Positions 41,149 through 52,200 of a DNA stretch of 64,000 nt are shown here, piece by piece. Each line of letters begins with the position of its first letter. Position 1 is the first letter of the stretch. Position numbers and translations under genes: made by a program. This DNA comes from Candidatus Versatilivorator sp. Its GTDB lineage: Bacteria; Acidobacteriota; Terriglobia; Versatilivoradales; Versatilivoraceae. The DNA is taken from the NCBI GenBank assembly GCA_965207735.1, contig OZ242296.1, forward strand, positions 4,832,001 through 4,896,000. Reading direction: 5' to 3'. Below the pieces are notes generated by a model that saw only the letters and a program-made list of their open reading frames with translations, searched no databases and was not told the DNA's origin.

Positions 41149-41220
41149 TGGCGAAGGCCGGGAGTGGTGCCCGGCGTGGCGCTGGTTGATGCGAACGCCT
41201 GAACAGAACTGGCTTGGTCA

Positions 41221-41433
41221 ATGAAGCACGCATGGACTTTGCAGCAGTCCCATCCGCCGGTCTACCGGTGCAGCCGTTGCAACCGGGACTTGCCCTCGAG
41301 AAGGCTTGAGCAGCTACCATGGGACGTCTGCCCGGGGAAGCGGCGGCCTGACCGGACCTGGCGGGCGAGAAATGTTCACGGCCTTACCTTCCCCAAGAAA
41401 CCGCCGAAGCAACTGTCGCTCCCGTTCGAGTGA
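41221..41433 (+). CDS. Small hypothetical protein (CxxC, C-terminal QLSLPF)
   Basis: 70-aa ATG ORF in otherwise intergenic space; weak RBS. Confidence 0.4.
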   Translation: MKHAWTLQQSHPPVYRCSRCNRDLPSRRLEQLPWDVCPGKRRPDRTWRARNVHGLTFPKKPPKQLSLPFE

Positions 41434-41568
41434 CGAAATAAGGCACATCGTTGAGTTGCCGGAAAAATTCTGCTCACACCGAAATATGAGAGAGATCGAA
41501 GAGAAATCGGACATAGATCCCCCACCAGGCAAAACACTCCAACACATTCGTCGCCAAGGCATTACAGT

Positions 41569-42599
41569 ACCGCTCCAACGTGGCCTTCCAGCACATGGGA
41601 GCTCCCGATGAGGGCCCCATCACCCTGAGAACCACCATCTATTCCGGGGAGGCCGATGACACCAGCTCCCTGGTGGTGGGAGAGGTGGAGCTCCAACCGG
41701 GAGGCTTCCACCAGTACTCGGGATTGCTGGGCAGGCTGGGCAGTCCGGCCCAGGGCTACGTGAAGGTGGAAAAGGTCTCTGGAGAGGCCCCGTTCTACGC
41801 CTACGGGGTCATCAACGACAATTTCAACTCGGACGGCTCCTTCGTCTTTCCTCTCACCGCCTCCTCCCTGGTGGGCACGACGGGTCAGACCCTGCCGGTC
41901 ATCATCGAGACCGGCAACTTCCAGAGCGAGCTGACGGTGACCAACTTCTCAGCCACGGACAAGACTGTGACCTTCAGCTTCGTGGCCGAAGGGGTCAACA
42001 GGGGCGACGACACGGCCACCTTCAGCCTGAGGTTAAAAGCCGGGGAACAGCACATCCTGCCCGGTATCGTGGAGGAACTGCGGCGGCGGGAGGTGGAGGG
42101 GATCGGCCCGGCCAATCGGGCCTATGTGGGAGCGCTGTTCGCCACGCCGGCCGAGGGGGACATGAGCGGCATCGTGATCGGAGCCCGCACGGGGGCTCCC
42201 GACAACAGAGGAGGACAGTACAGCCTCTTCTACAACGGGGTGCCCTATGGCACGGCTTCCGTAGAGAGCGCCTGGATCTACGGGCTGCAGCAGAACGCGG
42301 AGAACCGCAGCAACCTGGCCCTGGTGAATACGGGAGAGATCGACGACACCCCCAGCACCTTCGAGATCACGATTTACGACGGCAGCGGAGAGTCTCGACC
42401 AAGAACGAGGAGTGTGACGCTCGGTCCTCGCCGCTGGACTCAGGAAAACGGGATTCTGGGCAGGATCAGCCAAGGGTACGTTCAGGTGAGGAAGGTCTCG
42501 GGCAACAACCCATTCATCACCTACGGCGTGATCAACGACGGAGGCAGGCCCGGGGAACGCAGTGGAGACGGCGCTTACCTGCCCGCCTGGGAGGAGTAG
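41569..42599 (+). pseudogene. 5'-truncated paralog of the subtilase C-terminal module
   Basis: Begins mid-domain at RSNVAFQHMG, matching RSNVAVQHMG in 49204-53172; ends GVINDGGRPGERSGDGAYLPA. Confidence 0.72.
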
Positions 42600-45500
42600 C
42601 CCAGGGGTCCTTGAAATCCCGATTCAACTAGAGGAAAAATTCCCGTTCTACCCTCAGCGTCAGACACGACCCGTGCCTCGCCACTTCCGGTAAGAATCTT
42701 CCGAAGACTCCTGGATGTGCGGGTCCCACTCGCTCAGACCCTTCTTTCCTGAAACACCACCGCGGTTCCCGTACACAGTGTCAAATTGGCATGAAATGTC
42801 TCGGAGTCTTTGGGCACGCCCCGAACTCAATCTGTGAGTTCCACGGTGGAAAGCGGCTGTCTGGCACGTCATCATGTAGTAGACTCACCGGACCTATCTG
42901 CAGTCCCCTACATCTTTCCGGAATCTGCTCGGAGCCCTTGGCGGTCGATCCAGGACGGCCTGAGCGGATGGCTATCTCCCGATGTCGACGACTTGGCGAG
43001 ATCTGCAACTCCTGACTGCCCCCGACTACTGCCGGTTGCGAGGCCCCTTGACTTGTTCTCTCCCGACTGAGATCCCTCCGCGGGTAGGAAAGCCAGCGGC
43101 CGCTTGTTCCAGCCGATTCCGCTCTTTCCGCAGGGGCCTTCTTGCGCTCTGCGGGATCGCAGGACTGCATCTGATGCTGGCAGCGACGGCAGATGCCCAG
43201 GGGATTTGCGACCGTACGCCACAAGTGCGGGACAAGCTGGTGGAGAAAGCCGGAGTGTCGACCTGTGGGAACGTCACTGCAGCGAATCTGTCCAAAGTGC
43301 GCAGTCTGTCCCTTCAGGATTCCGGCATCCACACACTTCAAGCACACGACTTCAGCGGATTGGACAATCTGTCCAGGTTGTGGCTGCAAGACAACTCACT
43401 GAGCGGATTACCCGAGGGAATCTTCAGAGGACTGTGGAGCCTGGAAACTCTGGTGCTGAATAGTTGCTCCTTGAAGTCTCTGCCCGAGGGAGTCTTCCGA
43501 GGGCTGCGTAACCTGCGTCGCTTGGATCTGGCCAATAACTTTCTGACCCTCCTGTCCAAGGATGTCTTCGTAGGATTGAACTCGCTCGAGACGCTGTGGC
43601 TAACCAACAACCGCTTCGACTCCTTACCCCCGGGCATTCTCGACGATATCCTCGACACACTGGGTGCCTCCAAATTCTTGGTGGATTCCATTCTGAAGGC
43701 AAGTCTTCGATTTGCTTCACCCGCACAGACCGGGCTGGAAGGGACTACCGTGAGCGTCCCGGTCACCCTGAATCGCCGGCTGCCGGTGGCTGTGCACGTA
43801 CCCTTCAACCTGGGCGGAACAGCCACAGAGGACGACTATTCGAATTTCTCCCCCCATCCGAATACAGGGTTGCTGTTTTTGGCTGGAGAGACGTTCAAGG
43901 AGATCACGTTTACCTTGGAGGAGGACAGTGACAGCCGGGAGGAGACGATTTTGCTGACCTTGGGAGAACTCTCACGCATTGGGCTGCGCCGCTCCGACGG
44001 CACCGGCCCTGATGCTCCCTACCTGATGGCCGAACAGCTTCTCGACCGTCCTGATCAAGCCTCTGGTCACACGGTCACTGTTTCTTCTTCCGGCGAATCG
44101 GCAAATGTTTGCGACCGCACGCCCCAGGTGCGGGACAAGCTCATGGAGCTTGCCGGAAGGTCAAGATGCGAGGACGTGACTGCGGGGCACCTGGCCCTAG
44201 TGACAATGCTGGATCTGTCGCATTCCGATATCGTCTTGCTTCACGACGGTGACTTTGAAGGGTTGAGTCACCTCAGGACGCTGAATCTGAGTCACAACTA
44301 TCTCAAGACATTGCCCGAGGAAATCTTCCACGGGTTGAACTCCCTTGTGGAGTTGTTCATCCATCAAAACAAGCTGATCAGATTGCCCCGAGGTGTCTTC
44401 AACGGACTGAGGTCCCTGCGAGCGCTGTGGTTGCAGGACAACTCCATGAACAATTTTCTGAGGGAACTGCCCTGGGGAGTCTTCGATGACGTGCTGGATA
44501 CGTTGGAAGACCTGCGCGTCGATCCCTTCCTGATGTCCACCATCGCCTTCGAGTCTGTAGGACAGAGCATCGCCAAAGGTAACGACGTGGAAGTAAGAGT
44601 GCGTTTGACCCGCAGACTGCCGTTGGCAATTCGGGTGCCTTACAGTGCGGAATGGGCTGCGACCACGGCTGATGATGCTGGTCTGCCGCCCGTCCCCGAC
44701 GGAGAATTACTGTTCCCCGCCGACTGGACTGCCGAGGAGATCGTCTTTTCTCTCCCGGGAAACGCGAACATTCTGGGGAGAACGATCGAGGTGAGGCTGG
44801 GGGAACTCTCTCGGATCAGGCTGAGCCGTTCAGACGGCACCGGCCCCGACGCTCTCCACCTGAGTGCAGACTCCCTGCTGAGCCGCCCTGACGAGGGCGC
44901 TGTCCATACTGTCACCTTTGTCGACGCCGTTCCGGCAGACATCTGCGACCGCACCCCACAGGTCCGGGATGCGCTGGTGGCGGCTATCCCGGAGCTATCC
45001 GACTGCGCAGAGGTCACCACGGCGCATCTGACCGGCATCAGGAGACTGCGTCTTGGTGCGTCCGGAATCGCCACGCTTCGAGAGAACGACTTCAGCGGGC
45101 TGAGTTCGCTGCAGTATTTGTGGTTAAGTAACAACTCTCTTCACGGCTTCCCCGAGGGGGTCTTCAGCGGGCTGGGCTCCCTGAAAGAGCTGCGGTTGGA
45201 CGGCAACTCCCTAAACGCATTGACCGGAAGGGTTTTTCAGGGTCTGAATTCTCTGCAAGGGCTGGACTTGGAGCGCAACCAGCTGAACTCTCTACCCGAG
45301 GGGATCTTTGACGGGCTGGGGGGCCTCAGGTGGGTGGACTTAACTGGCAACTCCCTGAGCGCCTTGCCCGAGGGAGTCTTCAATGGATTGAATTCCTTGC
45401 GATCCATCCATCTAGTTAGCACTGATTTGAGTGTCTTGCCCGAGGGAGTCTTCAGTGGATTGGGCAATCTGGAAACTCTGTGGTTATTCGGCAACCCGCT

Positions 45501-46871
45501 GTCTTCATTACCCGAGGGAATCTTCCAGGGACTGAACTCATTGAGAAGTCTGATTCTAACCAACAACTCCCTGACTTCGTTGCCGGAGGGAGTCTTTCGT
45601 GGGCTGAACAGTCTGCAACAGTTGTGGCTGAGCGGAAACGGTGTGAATGCCTTGCCCGAAGGCATTTTCCACGGGCTAAGCAACTTGGAGGAGCTGTTGC
45701 TAAGCCGAAACTCCCTGAGCAGCTTGCCCGAAGGGGTCTTTCGGGACCTGAGTTCACTGGACCGCCTGTGGTTGTGGTACAACTCCCTGACCACCTTGCC
45801 CGAGGGAGTGTTCCGCGGTCTTAAAACTCTGAACCAAGTAACTTTAACGTCCAACTCGCTGAGCAGCCTGCCCGTGGGAATCTTTAGGGGGTTGACCGGT
45901 TTGTCGGACCTGAGGTTGGAATCCAACCCTCTGACTGAACTACCCCGGGGGATATTCGACGATGTGCTCGATACACTGGGGCACGAAGTGCTTACCACCC
46001 TGGGCCCCTATCGGGGGGAACTGGTGGTTGACCCGGAACTGAAGGCCCGAATTACCTTCTCTGCAACCTCACAGCGGGTCTCGGAAGGAGCCACCGTTCG
46101 AATCCCGGTAACCTTGAGCCGTGCCTTGCCGGTGGCGGTACGGGTGCCCTATAGGGTGGGCGTCAGTGGAGCCACAGGTGGATTGGAGGGTCTCTCGCCG
46201 TCGGTGGACAGAGGGCTGCTGTTTCCGGCCGGGGAGACCGAGCGGGAAATCACCTTTACTTTGCCAAGGGATTCGGTCGTCCAGGGGGAACGGACCGTTC
46301 TGCTGGCCTTGGGAGAGCTTGAGGAGATCGGTCTGCGCCGATCCGACGGAGCCGGTCCTGATGCCCGCTATCTAGAGACCGAAAGCCTGCTCCTCGGTTC
46401 CGACCAGGGGTCCATCCACACCCTCACCGTTTCCGACTTTGAGACCGACGACCAGGATCCCTTCTGTCTCTCCCTGTGGGACGGTACGCCCTGCTCGACG
46501 GTGACCACCCTCCCCTATGTCTTGATGGGCCGCCTGGGCGATAGCATTGCCCGAGCCGAGCTTGTCGTCACCCACAGAGGCCCCCAGGCGAATGACTGCG
46601 AAGCGGCGGTGCTTTTTCACCAGGGAACCACCCAAGCTCCGGCAGTGTCCTTCGACGGTCAGTTTCCGGACCAGAACCTGCTCCGCGCCACCATTCCCCG
46701 AGGAGGCGCGGAGATCCTGACCTTGACTGCTCCCGATGAGGAGGAAGCGACAGTCGGGGCCGTCTCCGTCTTCACCCGGTCTGCCTGTACGGCCGGCTCC
46801 CTCCACGTTCAGGGACGCGCCCTGCTTGAGGACCCAGTCGACGGGGAAGTCGACGAACTGTATTCCCTAAG

Positions 46872-48800
46872 CCGAAGTTCCTGACCCACCGACAAGATAA
46901 CTCCTTTATCTTCAATCATCAATCAGGAATCTCAGGTTGTCTTGCCTGGGAACATCCTGATGAGCTCGAAGGCCCTTTGCTGTAGCGGGGTCGGCTCGGT
47001 CAATCGCTGGACTCGCGGACCATCGGGTTCGGAGGGCAATCGGCACTGGTGGCGGGCCCGCGTCGCCATCTGCGCCATCAACGTCTCCAGGCTCTGCAGC
47101 GGCAAGCCGTCCTCGGTGAGGCGTTTGCTCTTCTTCCGTTTGGCGGAGTCCGACGGCTGGGCCGCCAGCACCGGGTCTCGCCGTGCCCGTTCCGCTTCCA
47201 ACTCCTCGTCATCGAACAGCAACGGAGCCAGGGCCAGCCGCAGATGCCACTGAACGTAATAGGCCAGCAGGCACAGGAACAGATGAGCCCGCACCCGGCT
47301 CTCCACCCGATGACGGATGGGGCGGATGTGCAGGTCGACGGTCTTGAGGGAGCGGAAGGCCCGCTCCACCCGCGTCAGGTCCTTGTAGCGGCGCACCACC
47401 GCGGCTGTTGGCAGGCGATCGGCTGGCTCGCTGGTCCTCAGCATGTAGAACCCGTCCAGTTGCGCCTCCCGGATGATGGCGTCGGTGCGCCGTTCATAGT
47501 GGAAGGACCCGTCTGCGATCTGGGTCCGGAAGTGTTTGGCCACCTGGAAGCGGTTCTTGACCCGGCCGACTTTCTCGGCGATCTCGGTCGCCGACAAGGG
47601 CGTGCGGGTCCGTCTGGCCACCTGGCGGGCGATTCCGGCCAGCGCCTCCTCGGTGGCTGTCAGCAAAGCCTCCCGCTTCCGCCGCCGATGCTCGGCCAGC
47701 AGCGGGTTGTGGCAGACGATGAGCCTCTCGCCCGGATAGTCCGGGCTGCGGACTTCGGCCAGATGACGCTCGTCGAACAGGGAGAGCTGAACCGCCTCGC
47801 TCTCCACCAGACGGCGTATCTGGTGGTGGCGCAGGGCTGAGACCCACCCCACTCCCGGATGACGCTTCAGATGGCTGATCTGCGTCTCGGTCAGCAGCCC
47901 GCGGTCCCCCACCAGCACCACCCGCTCCAGACCAAACCGACCCCGCACCTTCTCCACCTGATCCCCCACCGTGGTCGGATCCCCCGTGTTGCCGGCATAG
48001 GCCTGCACCGACAGCGGCCGCCCCATCTGGTCGGCCAGCACCCCGTAGACCACCATGGGCCGGTCCCGCCTGCCGTCCCGGTTGTGGCCGAACTGCATCA
48101 GCGAGCAGGTCTGGCCTTCGTAGTAACTGCTGCTGACGTCATAGAGCACCGCATCCCCTTCCGCCAGGTGCCGCTTGGCCAGCTTGCGCTCAATCCGGTC
48201 CTGACGCTCCAGCAACCAGTCCATGGCCTCATAGAGATCGTCCTCGTCGGTGTCCTCAAGGGACAGTTCCTCACCCAACGTGGTGGTGTGCCAAAGACGG
48301 GTGGTGGCCAGCTTGGAGGCCGGATAGAGCAGACGCTGCAGGATCATGGCCAAGACCCGGTCCCGTTGGGGAGAGGGTCGGGAATCGATCAGCGCCGGCA
48401 GCTTCAGCTGCCGCACCACTTCCAGCAGCAACTCGACGTGGCCATGAGGCAGGGAGCGTTCGATGGCGAAGAGTTGGTCGGGATGGACCAGGGGTTCGTT
48501 CTTGAGCACGCGCCGGAGGCGCTCGATCTTGTCCTTGGGCCAATGGGAGAGATTGGCCAGGGTGCGTTTATGGACCTTTTTACCCTCACGGCGGCCTTCG
48601 CGCAGGAGGATGGCAGGGGGAGAGTTGCGGTTGGGGACGGTTTCGACGTACATGGGACTACGATATCACATACAACTATCATGTCAAGATAAATGCTAAT
48701 CATATACATGGGAACAACACTCCACACGCCTCAATCCTCTTCCCCAAGAAAACAAATGGCTTAAGGCGATTTTTTGGGTGTAAAATGGGAGGAACTTCGG
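46872..48800 (-). mobile_element. IS1634-family insertion sequence
   Basis: TIR CCGAAGTTCCT/AGGAACTTCGG; 6-bp target duplication CCTAAG (46866-46871, 48801-48806). Confidence 0.93.
46932..48653 (-). CDS. IS1634-family transposase
   Basis: LYDVSSSYYEG, GHNRDG, VGDRG, VERAFRSLKTVDLHIRPIRH. Confidence 0.93.
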   Translation of the reverse strand: MYVETVPNRNSPPAILLREGRREGKKVHKRTLANLSHWPKDKIERLRRVLKNEPLVHPDQLFAIERSLPHGHVELLLEVVRQLKLPALIDSRPSPQRDRVLAMILQRLLYPASKLATTRLWHTTTLGEELSLEDTDEDDLYEAMDWLLERQDRIERKLAKRHLAEGDAVLYDVSSSYYEGQTCSLMQFGHNRDGRRDRPMVVYGVLADQMGRPLSVQAYAGNTGDPTTVGDQVEKVRGRFGLERVVLVGDRGLLTETQISHLKRHPGVGWVSALRHHQIRRLVESEAVQLSLFDERHLAEVRSPDYPGERLIVCHNPLLAEHRRRKREALLTATEEALAGIARQVARRTRTPLSATEIAEKVGRVKNRFQVAKHFRTQIADGSFHYERRTDAIIREAQLDGFYMLRTSEPADRLPTAAVVRRYKDLTRVERAFRSLKTVDLHIRPIRHRVESRVRAHLFLCLLAYYVQWHLRLALAPLLFDDEELEAERARRDPVLAAQPSDSAKRKKSKRLTEDGLPLQSLETLMAQMATRARHQCRLPSEPDGPRVQRLTEPTPLQQRAFELIRMFPGKTT

Positions 48801-49203
48801 CCTAAGCAGCCAGTCCTCCGGGGATTTGTTGGCAGACGGCGACTGTCGCAGGTGGACAGGCCGGTACGGCGAGGGAGAAGATGTGGTTCTTGCCATGGCG
48901 CCGGCCCAGCCGGGCCAAACCGTTCCGCCCGGAGCTCAACTGCATTTTCGTGCGTTCGATCTGAAGGGGAACCTGTTTGGTCCTCTGGACAGCCTGGAGG
49001 TCTCCGGGAGACATCAAACGCTCTCTTTCGGAGAGTTCGACCGGCCAACCATCATCGAGATGTGCCTGGATGTTCCGGGCGCCGGCGCCTTTCAACTGGC
49101 CGTTTCCGTTCTTGAAACAAGGACTACGGGCACTCGGGTGCAGTTCTCCACCGGGAGCCTTACCGGAAACCCTGAATCGGAGGACACCGGATCAGGTCCA
49201 TGA

Positions 49204-52200
49204 ATGTTCGATTCAATGCCAATCATGCGCGGTAAAGCCCACCTGCGGATAGCAACCTGGGCTGTCGCGGTCTTGCTGGCCCTGGTCTGCTCCGGATCTT
49301 ATCGTTCCCAGAACGGCTCACCCAATCTCAGGCCCCATAAGCCCAGAGGCTGGTCGGATGTCATCGTGGTCTCCAACCGGCAAGGAGACAACCTCAACAG
49401 CCGAAGACTGGCGCCTTCCGACATCATTTTTGTGGATTTCGCCGTGATCAACAGCGGCAGTACCCCGGTGACCCGACCCTTCCGTATCGATCTTTTTGTG
49501 GACGGCCAATTGTGGAAGAGCTTCGATGCTCCCTCACCCCTGAACCCTCAAGTCTTTCGTTTTCGCGAGGACTACCCTATCGGAAGACTGGGCGTCGGCA
49601 CACACGCACTACGCATCGTTGCCGATGCCGGCAACCAGGTTGCAGAGAGCGATGAAGACGACAACGAATACACCCGAACCATCATCGTCGCCGGCGATTG
49701 CTTTCCACTGACCACGAGGGTTTCACCCCGGGGGGCCGGGACGCTGGCGCTAAGCCGGGAGCCCAATTGTGGCGAGGCCACGGTCAGCGTCAGCAGTCTG
49801 AGCCTCCTTGAGGAGGGTCAGGACAAGGGACTGGACATCGCCGGGGAGCCTCTTGTCACGGCCCAGCGGGCCAGGGCATTTGACGTCCTGAGAGCCAAAG
49901 TCCGGTCGGAAGACCGCGTCAGAGTAATCGTGGGGGTGAGGACCGCAGTCCGATCTGCCGTCTCGGCTGTGCGTAGCTTAAGGGATGCGACTTCCCGCTC
50001 ACCCCTGATTGCTCGAGCTCAACAGTCGTTGTTGAATCGAATGAACAATCTCGAAGTCTCTTCTGTTCGACGGTTCAAGTTCATTCCCTACGTGGCGATG
50101 GAAGTGGATGAGGCGGCACTGGGGTCACTGGCCGAGGACCCGGAGGTGGTCAGCATCGAGGAGGACCTGTCTGTCAAACCGTTGTTGGCCGACAGTACGC
50201 CACTGATAGGGGCTCCCCATGCCTGGGATCAGGGATACGCCGGTTCGGGCCAGACGATCGCCATCCTGGATACGGGGGTGGACAAGGATCACCCTTTTCT
50301 CCGAGACAAGGTGGTGTCGGAGGCCTGCTATTCGGGTTCCGGAGGGGGAACATCGCTTTGTCCCGAGGGCGTGAACGAATCGGTTCTCCCGGGATCGGGG
50401 GCACCCTGTCCGCCGTCCTTGAGCGACTGCTTTCACGGGACGGCAATGGCCGGGGTCGCCGCCGGCCGGGGGACGGAGTTCTCGGGTGTGGCCCGGGGTG
50501 CCCGGATTATTGCAATCCAGGTGTTCTCGCAGTGCGGCGAGGACTGCATCGATTCATCCAACAGCGATTGGCTTGCCGGTCTGGAGCGGGTGCTCGAGCT
50601 AAGCGCCGATTTCAATATCGCAGCCGTCAACATGAGCTTCGGCGGGGGCTTCTTCTCTGAGGACTGCGACTCCGATTTTCCGGCCGTCAAGGCTGCCATG
50701 GACAATCTGCGCGCGGTCGGGGTCGCACCTATCGCCGCCTCCGGAAACAGCGGTTTCGGCACGGACATCAACAGCCCCGCCTGCGTCTCGAGCGTCGTCA
50801 GCGTGGGATCGACCGATGGTATCGGCGATGAGACACCCCGGGAGGAAGTTTCCGACTTCTCGAACAGCTCGCTTTCTCTGGATCTGCTGGCTCCGGGTCG
50901 AGGGATCACCACGTCGATTCCCGGGGACGATTTCGCCAGTTTCAACGGCACTTCCCTTGCAGTTCCCCATGTTGCCGGCGCCTGGGCGTTGCTTAAATCC
51001 AAGGCTCCCAACGCCACGGTGCCGCAATTGCTTTCCATGCTGTCGCGGACCGGGATTCCCATCACAGACCCTCGAAACGGCCTCGTCAAGCCCCGCATTC
51101 AGGTCGATGCCGCCCTGGATGTCGTAATACCCGAGCTGTCCTATTCCACCGGCACTCGCCTGACGCTGACCCCTGAGCCCGAGCCCGGCTTTCGCTTCAG
51201 GCTCTGGCGCGGATGCGATTCTTCCTCGGGAAACCGATGCGTGGTCGAGATGGATTCCATCCAAAATATCTCAGCTATCTTCGAACCTCTGGGGCCCGCC
51301 CCGGACCTGCTGACGACCTCGCTGACGGCCTCCTCCACGGCCGCTGCCGGCGGCGATGTATCGATCACTGCCCATGTCCACAATCAGGGTTCGGTCGATG
51401 CCGGTCCTTTTCGGCTGGGCGTTTATCTGTCGGCCGACCCTGAAATCACTCACGAAGACATTTGGTTTGCCGCCTGCACCTACGACTCGGGGCTGGTTGC
51501 GGGAGGATCCGAGACCTGCAGCCGGGATTTCCCGATTCCGTTCCGGGTCAGCCCCGGGCGCTACTTTCTGGGGGTCATTGTGGATGATCTGGATCGGGTT
51601 GCCGAGAAGCGTGAGACCAACAACGCCCAAGTGGCCGATTCGGGACCGATCGATGTTCTGGCTCCCAGGATCAGTACGCGGTTATTCGTACCGGTGATCC
51701 TGAACGCGCCCGGGCGCAGGGGCTCTTTCTTTACCTCGGAGCTGACCCTGACCAACCGGGGGACTCAAGAGGCGCGGCTCGACTACACCTACACGGCTCA
51801 TGCCGGAGGAGGAAGCGGAACGGCTTCCGACCGGCTTGCTCCCGGAGAGCAGAAGATCCAGCCCGACGCCCTTGGCTATCTCAAGAATCTGGGCGTTCCC
51901 ATCCCGAGCTCGGGGAATCGGATTGGCACGCTGGCGGTTGAGGGCGTGACTACTTCCGGCGTGGGCATCCTGGTCCGGACCACGACGGAGGTGCCCGAGG
52001 GCCGAGCCGGACTGGCCTACGCGGGGGTTGCCAAGGATGACGGATTCGAGGATGCGGTCTATCTGTGCGGGCTGCGCCAGAACGAAAAGGATCGGTCCAA
52101 CGTGGCCGTTCAGCACATGGGGACAGCCGAAGACGGGCCCATCACCCTGCGGACGTGGGTGCACTCGGGGCTAAATGAGAGTGCGTTCTTGAAAGAGGTG

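Larger units (their letters stand above)
42982..49203 (+). pseudogene. Secreted LRR/Calx-beta-like protein interrupted by IS1634 (5' part to 46871, 3' part 48807-49203)
   Basis: Removing the IS plus one CCTAAG restores the frame ...ELYSLSSQSSGDLLADG into the 48826-49203 ORF; 3x CDRTPQVRD caps; 24-aa LPEGVFxGL LRRs. Confidence 0.88.

Noticed and set aside
41569-42599. Diversity-generating retroelement TR/VR pair with the subtilase 3' end
   Set aside because: Differences are widespread and not adenine-restricted; no RT in the window
42780-42880. Sigma-54 promoter upstream of the LRR gene (CTGGCACG)
   Set aside because: No correctly spaced -12 TTGC
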